Positions 1 through 14,100 of a DNA stretch of 64,000 bases are shown piece by piece (position 1 is the stretch's first letter; each line of letters starts with the position of its first letter). Source of the DNA: Myxococcales bacterium (GTDB lineage: Bacteria > Myxococcota_A > Polyangia > Polyangiales > Ga0077539); contig JAEUKH010000043.1 of assembly GCA_016792845.1 (NCBI GenBank), positions 25,846 to 89,845 of the forward strand, given 5' to 3'. The translations under genes and the position numbers were made by a program. A model generated the notes under the pieces. It was not told where the DNA came from, searched no databases, and saw nothing but the letters and a program-made list of their open reading frames with translations.

Positions 1-237
1 GAGGCCCTCGGGTCGCAGCGGCGCGAGGCTCGCGGCCCACCACGGCGCGGGGATGGGCGTGCCCTCGGGGCTGAACTGCGCGCGGTGATGGCGCCACGCC
101 ACCGGCAGGTACACCCCCGGGTCGGGCGTGCCGTGGTTGTGAAAGTAGACCAGCCGACCGGCCGCGATGGCACCGAGCCGCAGTGTGGTTTTGTAGAGCC
201 CACAGGGCGGCAGCCGGTGCTTCTCGGGGTCGGTCAT
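1..237 (-). CDS. Hypothetical protein (N-terminal 79 aa; continues past the window start). Its ATG overlaps the stop of the upstream SNF2 gene as ATGA.
   Basis: Minus-strand ATG at 235-237 overlaps the TGA (234-236) of the helicase gene. Translation MTDPEKHRLPPCGLYKTTLRLGAIAAGRLVYFHNHGTPDPGVYLPVAWRHHRAQFSPEGTPIPAPWW has mixed, protein-like composition. No recognisable domain. Confidence 0.4.
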   Translation of the reverse strand, partial: MTDPEKHRLPPCGLYKTTLRLGAIAAGRLVYFHNHGTPDPGVYLPVAWRHHRAQFSPEGTPIPAPWWAASLAPLRPEGL

Positions 238-3200
238 GCGGTGGCCTCATCGTCGGCGAGCAGGAGTTCGACGTCGGTCTTGCTGAGACCTTTGGGCACC
301 GAGCCCTCGTCGCCGCCGAGCACCGACGAGACGAGCTCGCGCTTCTTGGCCGAGAGGGCCATGATCTTCTCTTCGATGGTGCCCCGGGCGATAAGCCGGT
401 ACGCCGTCACCACGCGGGTCTGGCCGATGCGGTGGGCGCGGTCGGTGGCCTGGTCTTCGACGGCGGGGTTCCACCAAGGGTCGAAGTGGATGACGGTGTC
501 GGCGCCGGTGAGGTTGAGCCCTGCGCCGCCGGCCTTCAGCGAGATGAGAAACACCGAGACGCTCTCGTCGCTGTTGAAGCGCTCGACCCGCTCTTGCCGG
601 TCACGGGTCGAGCCGTCGAGGTACTCGTACTTCACCTTCTCGGCGTCGAGCACCCGCCGGATCAGCGCCAGCATCTCGGTAAACTGCGAGAACACCAGCG
701 TACGGTGGCCCCCCGCGGTGGCCTCGGCGAGGGTCTCGCGCAGCACCTGGAGCTTGCCCGAGTCGTCGTCGCCGAAGCTCGCGTTCGGGAGCTTGAGCAG
801 CCGCGGGTCGCAGGCCGCCTGCCTGAGCCGCGTGAGCCCCGCCAGAATCTGAATCTGGCTCTTGTTGATGCCCACCCGCTCGATCTCGCCCATGAGGCTC
901 TGCCGCACCTGCGTCAGCACCTGCTGGTAGAGCGCCTTCTGGCTCGCCGGGAGCTCACAATCGCGCTCCATCACGATGCGCTCGGGCAGGTCTTTGGCCA
1001 CCTCGCGCTTGGTGCGCCGCAGCACGAGCGGCCTGATCACCTCGCGCAGGCGCCGCACCGCCTCGGCGTCGCCGCGGTCGATGGGTCGGGCGTAGCGCTC
1101 TTCAAAGGTCGCGAGGTCGCCGAGCAGCCCCGGCGAGAGAAAATCAAAGATCGACCAGATCTCTGAGAGGCGGTTCTCGATGGGCGTGCCCGAGAGGCAG
1201 AGGCGATGCTGCGCGCGGATCTTCTTCGCCGCCCGGGCCGTGGCCGAGAGGGGGTTCTTGATGTTCTGCGCCTCGTCGAGGATGACGTAGGTGAACTCGT
1301 ACTGTTGCAGAAACTCTTCGTCGCGGCGCAAGAGCGCGTAGCTCGTGACCACCACGTCGGCCGAGTCGACCTCGTGGGTGCGCTTCTCGCGGTCGGGCCC
1401 GGCCCAGAGCACCGCGCGCAGCGAGGGCGCGAACTTCTCGATCTCTTTGAGCCAGTTCGAGAGCACCGAGGTGGGCGCCACCACCAACGAGCGGGGCTTC
1501 TTCGCCGCGGCGTCGGCCTGCACGGCGGTGCTCGCCTCGCGGGCGGTGCTGTCGTCGGCCTTCTTGGTCTTCCGCGCGGGCTTCTTCGGCGCGGCCTCGG
1601 CCTCGGGCGCATCGTCGGCCTTCTTGGCCTTGCGCGCGACCTTCTTCGGCGCGGCGGCCTCGGCGGCCTCGGCCCCTTCGCTCACCGGCGCGAGCCCGAG
1701 GGCCTCGTCACGGAGGTACGCGAGGAGCCCCAAGGTCTGGAGCGTCTTGCCGAGACCCATGTCGTCGGCCAAGACCCCGCCGGTCTTCGACTTGTGGAGA
1801 AAGACCAGCCACGAGTAGCCCTCGCGCTGATACGGCCTGAACGAGGCCTGGAGCGACGCCGGGGCGGGCACCAGCGCGACGCGACCGCGGTCTTGCATCG
1901 CCGCCAGGAGGTCTTTCGCCGAGGGCTCGACCCGCGCGCCGGGCACGAGCCGCAAGAGGTCTTGGATACGACCGGCCTGCGAGAGCGGGAGGTTCTGTCG
2001 GCCCTGCGCGAAGAGCTCGGCCATCTGCTGGAGCACCTCTTCGACGCGCTCCTTGCTCACCGGCGCGTAGCTCCCGTCTTCGAGCCGCACGAGGCGACGC
2101 CCTTCGAGGATGGCGCGGCGCAGGTCGTCTTCGTTGACCTTGCTGCCTTCGCTCGAAAACTCGACGTCGAGGGAGAGCCAGTCGACCCCCGACGACACCC
2201 GCGCCTGGGGCGTCACCGGGGTCTCACGGACGTGCAAATCGACCAGGTCGTCGGGGATGAATCGATCCCAGGTGTCGGGCAGCGAGCCGAGGCCTTCGGT
2301 CCAGAACGCGACGGCCTTGTCGCCGTGGGCTTCGAACCACATCGCGTGCGCCTCAGGCAGGCCGAGACCGAGCTCGAAGAGCAGATCTGCGGCGCCGCGC
2401 TCGGCCCCGATGTCGCGCCGGATCACCCGCGGCCGCACGAGGCCGTCGTCGCCCGCGCCCTGCCCCGGGAGGATCGCCAGCGGCGGCGGCAGCTCGGTCG
2501 GCGGCACGTCGAGCTCGGCCTCGCCGTAGCTCGCCCTGAGCATGGCCCGCACCATGGTGACGTCACCCTCGGCGCGCAGCACGAAGGTCGGGTTCGCGTC
2601 GACGAACTCGACCACCGACGAGAGGTCGGGCAAATCAGTGCCGAGCGAGAGCGCCGCACGCGGCACCACGTCGGAGAGCAAGCGCCCGAGCTCTTCGATG
2701 GGGTAGGTGATCGCCGGGGCCCGCGAGAGGCGCTCAAGCCACGCCGGGGTCACGCTGTCAGACACCGTGCGCGCGACCCCCTGGACGGTGTCGACGTGCC
2801 ACGCCGGCGAGCCCTCGAACCACAAACCCTGCGCGCCGGTGAAGCGCCGCCCGTCGCTCTTGCGCTCGAAGACCACCTTCACGCGGATGCTGTTCGACCC
2901 GGCGTGTTCGAGCTCCATGCGCGGCACCAAGGGGTCGTCGACGAAGCGCAGCTCCATCAGCGTAGGCTCGATGAGCACCCGCCGCCCCTTGAGGAGCGAG
3001 AGCACCTCGGCGGCGTCTTCGCCCCGGAGCTCGACCGCGGTGGGCCGGCTGCCTCGCGCCGAACGGGCCAACGCGCGCAAAATAGGGCGATGGGCGCTCA
3101 CAAAGGGCCCGAGCGCGTCGAGCGCGGTCTCAGGCGCCATGGGCGCGCGGGTCTCGGCGTTGTAGGGCGTGATCGCCACGGCCATGGGCCTCACCTGGAG

Positions 3201-4190
3201 GCGATACTCGAAATCGGGCGCCTTCTTCGGGTCGCTCGGCGGGAGCCAGATCTGCCACCCGACCCGCGGCTCGTTGGCGCTCACCACCGTCACGGGGTGC
3301 GCCGTCGCGTGAGACGGGCCGTGGGCGCTCACCACCCGCGGGCCGCTGCGATCGACCACCACCACCTCGCGGGCCGAGGGCTCGACCTCGTGACGGCTGC
3401 GACGGTTGCCGCCGTGGCTCTGACCGCGGGGCTGATGGCGACGGCGCTGCTCTTCTTCGCGGGCGGCCTGCTGGGCCTGTTGGGCGGCGGCCATGGCGGC
3501 CTCGCGCATCGGGCGCATGCGGTCGCGCAGGGCCACCAAGAGGGCCGCGACGTGCTTGCAGTGACGCTCGGGGCCGCGCCAGGCCGGGCAGGTGCAGTTC
3601 GACGAGAAGCTGCCCGTCTCGCTCACCTCGACGCGAACCTGGTACGGCTCGGTGGCGCGACCGTGGACGCGACCCGACGCGAGCCACCCCTCCATCGTGG
3701 CCTCGTGGACGTGCCCGCGGCGCGCGTACCCGCGACCCTTCTGGTACGCGTTCATGCCCACGATGCGGCTGAGCGAGCGCTCGCTCATGCGCGCGATGGC
3801 CAGCGTGGCCGGCGTCTGCGGCAGCGGCGGGAGCTCTTCGTTCGACTTGCCGCTCGAGCTCGGAATCTCGGGCAGTTGATCGTCGTCGTCGTCGTCGCCG
3901 TCACCCTCGGCCGAGGCGTCGAGTTCGCCGTCGAGCTCCGCGCCGAGCGGGCCCCCGTCTGCGCCGTCGCCCTCGCCCTCGCCGTCGAGCGGGTGGGCCT
4001 CGGCCGGCGCGATGGGCGGGAGCGGGCTCTCGTCGTCGAGCAGCCCCACGTCGTCTGCGCCCGTCTGCGCGTCGAGCACTTCAACGACGGGCGTGTGAAG
4101 CGTCTTGCTCTTCGGGGTCGCCTTGCGGCGGGTTCGGGGGGTGCTCGTCGCCTTGGGGCGTCGGGTGCTCTTGGGACCGTCGGTCGTCAC
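234..4190 (-). CDS. SNF2-family (Swi2/Snf2, RapA-like) DNA-dependent ATPase/helicase with N-terminal SWIM zinc finger
   Basis: SWIM CxC..CxH is at NCTCPAWRGPERHCKHVAALL. SNF2_N Walker A is LADDMGLGKTLQ, DEAQNIKN is the DExx box, and helicase-C is LISLKAGGAGLNLTGADTVIHFDPWWNPAVEDQATDRAHRIGQTRVV. A Lys/Ala-rich insertion (APKKVARKAKKADD...PKKPARKTKKADD) sits inside the ATPase core. The N-terminal ~130 aa are low complexity, so the true start may be the internal ATG at about 3788 (MSERSLSRIVGMNAYQKGRGY). Confidence 0.85.
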   Translation of the reverse strand: MTTDGPKSTRRPKATSTPRTRRKATPKSKTLHTPVVEVLDAQTGADDVGLLDDESPLPPIAPAEAHPLDGEGEGDGADGGPLGAELDGELDASAEGDGDDDDDDQLPEIPSSSGKSNEELPPLPQTPATLAIARMSERSLSRIVGMNAYQKGRGYARRGHVHEATMEGWLASGRVHGRATEPYQVRVEVSETGSFSSNCTCPAWRGPERHCKHVAALLVALRDRMRPMREAAMAAAQQAQQAAREEEQRRRHQPRGQSHGGNRRSRHEVEPSAREVVVVDRSGPRVVSAHGPSHATAHPVTVVSANEPRVGWQIWLPPSDPKKAPDFEYRLQVRPMAVAITPYNAETRAPMAPETALDALGPFVSAHRPILRALARSARGSRPTAVELRGEDAAEVLSLLKGRRVLIEPTLMELRFVDDPLVPRMELEHAGSNSIRVKVVFERKSDGRRFTGAQGLWFEGSPAWHVDTVQGVARTVSDSVTPAWLERLSRAPAITYPIEELGRLLSDVVPRAALSLGTDLPDLSSVVEFVDANPTFVLRAEGDVTMVRAMLRASYGEAELDVPPTELPPPLAILPGQGAGDDGLVRPRVIRRDIGAERGAADLLFELGLGLPEAHAMWFEAHGDKAVAFWTEGLGSLPDTWDRFIPDDLVDLHVRETPVTPQARVSSGVDWLSLDVEFSSEGSKVNEDDLRRAILEGRRLVRLEDGSYAPVSKERVEEVLQQMAELFAQGRQNLPLSQAGRIQDLLRLVPGARVEPSAKDLLAAMQDRGRVALVPAPASLQASFRPYQREGYSWLVFLHKSKTGGVLADDMGLGKTLQTLGLLAYLRDEALGLAPVSEGAEAAEAAAPKKVARKAKKADDAPEAEAAPKKPARKTKKADDSTAREASTAVQADAAAKKPRSLVVAPTSVLSNWLKEIEKFAPSLRAVLWAGPDREKRTHEVDSADVVVTSYALLRRDEEFLQQYEFTYVILDEAQNIKNPLSATARAAKKIRAQHRLCLSGTPIENRLSEIWSIFDFLSPGLLGDLATFEERYARPIDRGDAEAVRRLREVIRPLVLRRTKREVAKDLPERIVMERDCELPASQKALYQQVLTQVRQSLMGEIERVGINKSQIQILAGLTRLRQAACDPRLLKLPNASFGDDDSGKLQVLRETLAEATAGGHRTLVFSQFTEMLALIRRVLDAEKVKYEYLDGSTRDRQERVERFNSDESVSVFLISLKAGGAGLNLTGADTVIHFDPWWNPAVEDQATDRAHRIGQTRVVTAYRLIARGTIEEKIMALSAKKRELVSSVLGGDEGSVPKGLSKTDVELLLADDEATA

Positions 4191-4509
4191 CGCTCTTGCG
4201 CTCCGTTCGAATGTGGGCCGCTCACAGGGCCTCAGCGCGGCGCAACTTGCTCAGACCGGCGCATCACGCGCCCGCCCGGCCTCGCCGCGGACTGTCATCG
4301 TGCAGAACCTTCAGAGGGAGACTTCGTTCTCCCAGAGCTTCAAAACCAGTAAACCCGTCGTGCGGATCTGCCTGGGCTCGAAGTGGAGCGGCCGTCTGCG
4401 CCGTCCCGCCACCCTGTTGGGGCTCTGCGCACTGTCAAATCGGCCTTAGCACACCACGCGCCCCGGGTGCACTACCCTCGCAACGCAAATCGCACCCCCG
4501 CCCTCGCAA

Positions 4510-7353
4510 TCACGGTGGCAAACCCTCGTCGGCGCGGTGCCCGGCCGCGGTGAGGGTCACCCCGTCGACGGTGACCACCATCATCGCGCGCGCCTCGGCG
4601 AAGGCGAAGCTCTCGGAGTACAGCACCCTGAGCGTCGGCACCGCGTCGCCCGTGGCGCGGATCACCCAGTTGCCAAGGCGATGGGTGTCGTTGGCCGAGA
4701 AGACCTCGACCGAGGCGGCGCCCGCCGTGGCGCGGGTCACGAACAAATCAGGAAAGCCGTCGCGGCTCGTGTCGGGCGCGAAGGCCATCGAGCCCGCGAA
4801 GCGCGTGCCCGCTTCGAGGTTCGGCGCCACCCGCCGGAGCTCTCTGCCGCTGCGCCCCGAGAGCACCCGCACGGCGCCCTCGTTGACGCTTGCGACGGCC
4901 ACCTCGCCGAGCTCGTCGCCGTCGATGTCGGGCCCCATGGCGAGGCTCTGGGCGCCGAGTGTGTCGAAGCATCGGGCGCCGCTCCACCGGGTGCGACCCG
5001 TGGCGCCCGAGAGCACGCGCACGCAGCGGCGGCCGTTCTCGAGGGTGCCGAAGGCCACGTCGGGTCGGTGGTCGCCGTCGACGTCGCCGCCCACCGAGAG
5101 CCCGAGCTCGGAGGGATCGGCGGGCAAGATCCCGGCGGCGCTGGTCCATCCGACGCGGCCGCTCCGGAGACCGAGGGCTGAGAGCGAAGGGTTGCCGAGG
5201 GCCGGCGCGAGGTACACCACCACCGCGGGCTCGGCGTCGGCGCCGTTGCCCGTCGAGAGCCCCCCCGCGAGGCCGAGCACGCCTTGGAGCGGCGTCGTCC
5301 GCAGCACCCGCCCCGCCCGCGACCCGAGGGTGATCACGGCGCGGCGCGCCGCATCGACCGCGGCCACATCGGGCCGGTGATCGCCGTCGAGGTCAGACAC
5401 CAGCGCGAGGTCGACCCCTTCGCAGCGCACCGGCGCGCGAAAGTCTGTCACCCGCCCGTCGAGCCCGCCGGGGTGCAGAAACACCCGCCCCGGCACACAG
5501 CTCGCAAAGCCTCGCATCTCAGCCGAGAGGCCCGTCGGCGCGACCACGACGTGCCGCACAAAGCGCAACACCTCGTCGGCCGAGAGCCCGCGGGGCATGG
5601 GCACATGGGTCTGCTCGCCCCAACTCACCGGCCGCTGGTTCTCGGTCTCGGGCGCCGCGATCTCGCCCTCGGGGTCGCCCGCGTCAACGGGCGCCGCGAC
5701 CGCCGCGTCGACCCGTGGGTGGGGTGTCGCCGCGAGCTCGTCGGTGCGCCCCGCAGCGGCAGGGAGGTTCGCCCCGGGGAGCTCGGTCTTGATCTTTGTC
5801 CACCCGAGGTACCCGAGGCCGCCGGTGACCGCCAGCATGGCCGCGGCGGCGAGGGGCACGTTGATGCCTCGGGGCTTCTTGGCCCCGCCCCGGTGCACCA
5901 CCTCGACCACACGCCCGTCGAGGCCCGTATGCGTGACGCTCTCTCTCCCGCCCGGAGGCGCCTTCGACGGTGTGTCACCGCCGAGCGACACGCCCTCGGG
6001 CGGAGCCCACCCTTCGAGGGCTCCAAGCGCCGACGGCGCCGCCTTCTCGGGCGTCTTCTCGGGCGTCTTCTCGGGCGTCTTCTCGGGCGTCTTCTCGGGC
6101 GTCTTCTCGGGCGTCTTCTCGGGCGGGCGCTGGGCCTTCCCGGGCGCTTCCGTCGGAGCCCCAAAATCGAGGTCGAAGCCTGCGCCCTGCGCGGCGACGG
6201 GCGACGCTTCGGGGCTCGGACTCGCCGGGTCTTTCGAAGCTTTCGGCGCGGGCTCAACGATTCGCTCGGTGGGCGCGAGCCCCGCGGGGCCCGGCCGCTC
6301 GCTCGGCACAAACGTAGGCGGCGCCTCGGCGTGCATCGATGCCACCAGGGCGTCGAGATCGTTGAGCTCGGCCGGCGCGGCCCCGGCATCAGCGGCGGAG
6401 TTCGGCGCCACCGGAGGCCCCAGAGGGCGCACCACCGCGACGCCACGGCGGATGGGCCGGGTCGGCGTCGGCGCGGGGGCGAGCTCGGGTTCGAGCGCGG
6501 CCCTCAGCGCGAACCGCATCGCGTCGGCGTCAGGCGGACGCGCGCTCGCCCTCACCTCAAGGGCCTGACGCACCACCCGCGCGAGCCCCTCGGGCACCTC
6601 GCTCGGCAACGCGGGCGCCGACCGTGCGGCGCTCACCAGCGTCACCAGCTCAGACGTCGTCGGCGCATCAAAGGGCGGATACCCCGCGAGGGCTTCGTAG
6701 AGGATCGCGCCCACCGACCACACGTCGCTCTCGGGCAGCGCGCGCTCGCCCCGGAGCTGCTCGGGGCTGCGATATGTGGGTTCGAGGAGCTCGATCGCGG
6801 GCGGCGGCACGCTGTGGCGCCCCGGAGCCCCAAGCCTCGCCAAGGTCGGCACCGCCCCGGCCATGTGGAGCTGCGCCCGGAGCCGCCCCTCGTGGTCGAG
6901 GGCCAGCACCACGTCGCTCGGGCTGATGGCGCGGTGAATGACCCCGCGCTGGTGAAGCTCGGTGAGCGCGTCGAGGAGGTCGCTGCCCATCTGAGCGACC
7001 ATCGCGTGCGAGATCGAAGCCCGCCGAATGAAGCGCCCCGCCAAGGTGTCAGTGCCCACCCACGGAAAGGCCGCGTACACCCCGCCGCCGTTCGCCGACG
7101 GCACCGCCCCCACCTCGACCGGAGCCACCAACAGCGGGTGCTCGACCCCCTGCAAGAGCGCGTGCTCGTGATTGAGCGCGTTCACCGCGGTAGGCACCGC
7201 AGCGCCGCCCGAGACCGCCATCAAGAACACTTCGAGGTCGTCGCTGACGCGGTTCGCCTTGAAGCCCTCGTGGAGCCCCAACTGCGCCTCCTCAGCCAAC
7301 CAGAAGCGTTGCGCGAATACCGTCTTTGGGAGCAGCCCCGCGGTGCCTGCCAT
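4510..7353 (-). CDS. Ser/Thr protein-kinase-like protein (predicted pseudokinase) with central (PEKT)x7 repeat linker, a predicted TM segment and C-terminal FG-GAP (integrin-alpha type) beta-propeller repeats
   Basis: N-terminal kinase fold is recognisable (SDVWSVGAILYEALAGYPPF; ...HRAISPSDVVLA...). The catalytic motifs are degenerate: HRD to HRA, no GxGxxG, DFG replaced by HMAGAV. The C-terminus has FG-GAP repeats (GDVDGDHRPDVAFG, LDGDHRPDVAAVD, IDGDELGEVAVAS). Confidence 0.75.
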   Translation of the reverse strand: MAGTAGLLPKTVFAQRFWLAEEAQLGLHEGFKANRVSDDLEVFLMAVSGGAAVPTAVNALNHEHALLQGVEHPLLVAPVEVGAVPSANGGGVYAAFPWVGTDTLAGRFIRRASISHAMVAQMGSDLLDALTELHQRGVIHRAISPSDVVLALDHEGRLRAQLHMAGAVPTLARLGAPGRHSVPPPAIELLEPTYRSPEQLRGERALPESDVWSVGAILYEALAGYPPFDAPTTSELVTLVSAARSAPALPSEVPEGLARVVRQALEVRASARPPDADAMRFALRAALEPELAPAPTPTRPIRRGVAVVRPLGPPVAPNSAADAGAAPAELNDLDALVASMHAEAPPTFVPSERPGPAGLAPTERIVEPAPKASKDPASPSPEASPVAAQGAGFDLDFGAPTEAPGKAQRPPEKTPEKTPEKTPEKTPEKTPEKTPEKAAPSALGALEGWAPPEGVSLGGDTPSKAPPGGRESVTHTGLDGRVVEVVHRGGAKKPRGINVPLAAAAMLAVTGGLGYLGWTKIKTELPGANLPAAAGRTDELAATPHPRVDAAVAAPVDAGDPEGEIAAPETENQRPVSWGEQTHVPMPRGLSADEVLRFVRHVVVAPTGLSAEMRGFASCVPGRVFLHPGGLDGRVTDFRAPVRCEGVDLALVSDLDGDHRPDVAAVDAARRAVITLGSRAGRVLRTTPLQGVLGLAGGLSTGNGADAEPAVVVYLAPALGNPSLSALGLRSGRVGWTSAAGILPADPSELGLSVGGDVDGDHRPDVAFGTLENGRRCVRVLSGATGRTRWSGARCFDTLGAQSLAMGPDIDGDELGEVAVASVNEGAVRVLSGRSGRELRRVAPNLEAGTRFAGSMAFAPDTSRDGFPDLFVTRATAGAASVEVFSANDTHRLGNWVIRATGDAVPTLRVLYSESFAFAEARAMMVVTVDGVTLTAAGHRADEGLPP
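6041..6124. repeat. Perfect 12-bp tandem repeat (gtcttctcgggc) x7 inside the pseudokinase gene, encoding the (PEKT)7 linker
   Basis: Direct reading of 6041-6124 on the + strand gives gccttctcgggc gtcttctcgggc x6. It translates on the minus strand to EKTPEKTPEKTPEKTPEKTPEKTPEK. Confidence 0.9.
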
Positions 7354-7372
7354 CGCCGCAACTGTTACCGAA

Positions 7373-11099
<3,727 letters not shown>

Positions 11100-11124
11100 G
11101 CGACCCCGCAAAGGAAGTCTCAAG

Positions 11125-14100
11125 ATGCCTGCCAAGCTCGGTCGATCGCGCTCCGCTCAGCGGGTGATGGGGCCCCTGGTCGCCTGCCTGGGGCTCTGCA
11201 CCGTGACGCCGCAGGTCTCGGCCCAGGAGTGGCCCATGCTGCGCCACGACCCGCAGCGCTCGGGCCGGGCCGAGGTGGCCCTCGACCTCGCGTCGCCCAC
11301 GGTGCGGTGGCGGCACTACCTCGGCGGCGGCCTCCGCAGCGACCAGTTCGTGGTGGGCGACGTCGACGGCGACCGGGCGCCCGATGTGGTCTTCCTGGCG
11401 GGCTTCAAGCTGCTGGCCAAGCGCTTCGACGACACCCTGCTCTGGGAGACGCCGCCCCTCGAAATCACCGCCATCGTGGGCGCGGTCGACCTCGACGGCG
11501 ACGGCCGCGCCGAGGTGGTGGCCACCGCGGGCCGCGGCAACGTGCTGGTGGTCGACGGCCGACGCGGCGAGGTGCTCTGGGAGATGCCCGTCGACGCCCG
11601 CGGCGGCGGCAGCTACGCCCGCATCGCCGACCTCAACGGCGACCGCCGCGACGACCTCTACGTGGGCGAGTGCCTCGGCGCACCCCACGTCGCCTACGGC
11701 TTCAGCTTCGTGGGCGGCTTCGCGCAGCCGCAGCGGCTCTTCCAGCTCGACGCCCCGCAGGGCGTGTGCGGCACCGACGCCGACGTCGTCGCAGACCTCG
11801 ACGGCGACGGCGCCCGCGAGCTGGTGATGTTCAACGGCGCCTTCGATCAGCTCAGGGTCTTCGACCTCGGCACCGGGGCCCTCCGGAGCACCCTCGCGGC
11901 GCCCCCGAGCGGGGCCTGGGGCTCGTTCTCAACAGCCCTCCCGCGCAACCTCGACGACGACCCCGCGGCCGAGCTCGTGGTCTTCACCAACGGATACGCC
12001 GTCGGCGCCCAACCCTACGGCGCGCGCCGCGTCGCGGTGTACGACCACCGCCAGGGCGGCCTCACCCTCGCCTGGGAGGCCAACGCCCCGGCCGTCGCCG
12101 ACGGCAACGTCACCCTCAGCGGCGAAGGCATCGGCGAGCTCGACGGCGCCCCCGGGGCCGAACTCGTCTTGGGCCTCTACGACCCCAACACCCGGCAGTG
12201 GCAGACCGAGCTCCGCGACGCCCTCACCGGCGCCCTGCGCGGCCGCGCCGACGCCTCCGAGCTCGTCGCCGTGCTGCCGCGCCCGGGCCGCGAGACCCTC
12301 GCCCTCGTCATCGAGAGCGACCGCGCCCTCGTCGGCCTCGCCGTGCGCCCCGAGGGCCTCGTCGCGCGGTGGCGCGTGCCCGCGGTGCGCCCCCTCCTCG
12401 GCAACGACCCCGGCCGCGCGGGGCGCGAGCGCTTCAACACCCGAAGCCTCGTGGTGAGCCTCGGCAGCGACGGGGCCGAGTCGCTCCTGGTGGCCCCCTT
12501 CGACCCCGCGGCGGCGCCCGAGGCGCGGGCCGTGACGAGCCTCCGGGGGCTGCGCCTCGACACCGGCACGCTCGTTGAAAACGTTGTCTTTTCAGCACCT
12601 TCTGACACAACCGTGGTGGCCGCCGGGCAGGGCTCCGCGGTGACGCGGCCCTACGCCCAGGGCCTCGTGGTGACCAGCGACGGGTACATGCTCGTGCTCG
12701 ATCGGAGCCTCGCGAGCACCAACCGCCTCGTGGGCACCGAGTTCACCATCCCCGGCCTGCGGGTGGGCGGATACTACTCGGGCTACGGCGCGCTCGTCCA
12801 AGCGCCCATCGCGGGTCGGGTGAGCGACACCGAGTCTGCGGTCTTTGTGCGCGACAGCCGCCCGGCCCTGGTGCGCCTCGATGCGCGCAACGCCTCGCTC
12901 GCGGCCCCGCCGCGGGTGCGCTTCTCAGCGCCTCGATGGAGCGCCGCGGTGCTCGGCGACTTCGACCACGACGGCGCCCGCGACCTCGCGGCCTTCGACG
13001 GCCGAGACCTCGTGATCGCCGACGCGCGCTCGGGCGCGCTGCGCACCACGGTGACCGACGCCGTAGGTCCCCGCGGCGCGCAAGCGCTCAGCGACATCGT
13101 GCCCTTGCGAAGGGCCGACCGCGGCGCCGACGACCTGGCGTTTCTGCGCCTCGTGCCCGGCATGGGCGGCAACCTCTCGACCTTCGACGCGCGCGGGCAG
13201 CGCCGCTGGGGAGACTTCTTCCGCATCCCTCACTCGGGCTTCGGCCAGCTCGCCGCGGCCGACCTCACCGGCGACATGCACGACGACGTCTTCGTCGCGA
13301 TCAACACCGCGCTCGTCTTCGACGGCCGCGACGGCGCCCTCGCCCACGAGGGGCCCTACGCGCCCTACGGGCTGCCGATCATCGCGCCCTTCCGCGCGAC
13401 CGCGCCCGAGGTCTACCTCGGCGGCATGCTGCCCGATCAGGTGTTCGGCGCTGACCTGACCCTCCGGGGGCGCTTCGAGGCCCCGGGCATCTCGTCGCCG
13501 TGGGGCGCCTTGGTGCGCTGCGAGGGGCGCACCCTCGTCGCGCGATCGCCCGCCTACGGCAGCCGCATCGAGCTCGTCGACCCCGCCGCCCTCGGCCCCG
13601 ACGGGAGCCCGAGCCCCGCGGCCCGTCGCGCGAGCACCCTCCTCGCCGGCGGCCGCGCGTACGGCGCGAGCGAGACCGTCTCGCCGGGGGTGAGGCCGGG
13701 CCTCGTCCACAACCTCACCGCGGTGGCAGACCTCGACGCGACGGGTCGCCCGGCCCTCGTCGCGGGCGCCACCGACGGCTTCCTCTACGCCCTCGACGCG
13801 TGCACGCTGGCCCTGCGATGGGCCTACGATTTCAGGTCTCCGGTGGGCGAAGCGGTGATCGCCGACGCCGACGGCGACGGCCAGAGCGAGCTCATGGTCT
13901 CGGTCGCCGACGGGTACCTCTACGCCTTGGGCCCGCGCACCCTCAGCGCGCCCGGCGCCGTGCGCGACGTCGACCCCAACAGCGACGCCGACCTCACCGA
14001 GCGCGACGAGGTCGAGACCTTCAACACCCTCGCGGTGGCCTTCGACCCGGTGCCCGGCGCGACGCGCTACCAGGTGCGGGTGCTCTCGGCCGGCGGCACG

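Noticed and set aside
1206-4352. 1048-aa plus-strand ORF antisense to the SNF2 helicase
   Set aside because: Arg/Gly/Leu-rich, low-complexity translation typical of antisense frames in ~72% GC DNA. The minus-strand frame has full SNF2/SWIM motifs.
4191-4509. Possible tRNA in the 319-bp intergenic region (ccgttcgaatgtgggccgc resembles a T-arm)
   Set aside because: There is no acceptor-stem pairing or anticodon-arm structure around it. The GTTCGAAT match is partial only.
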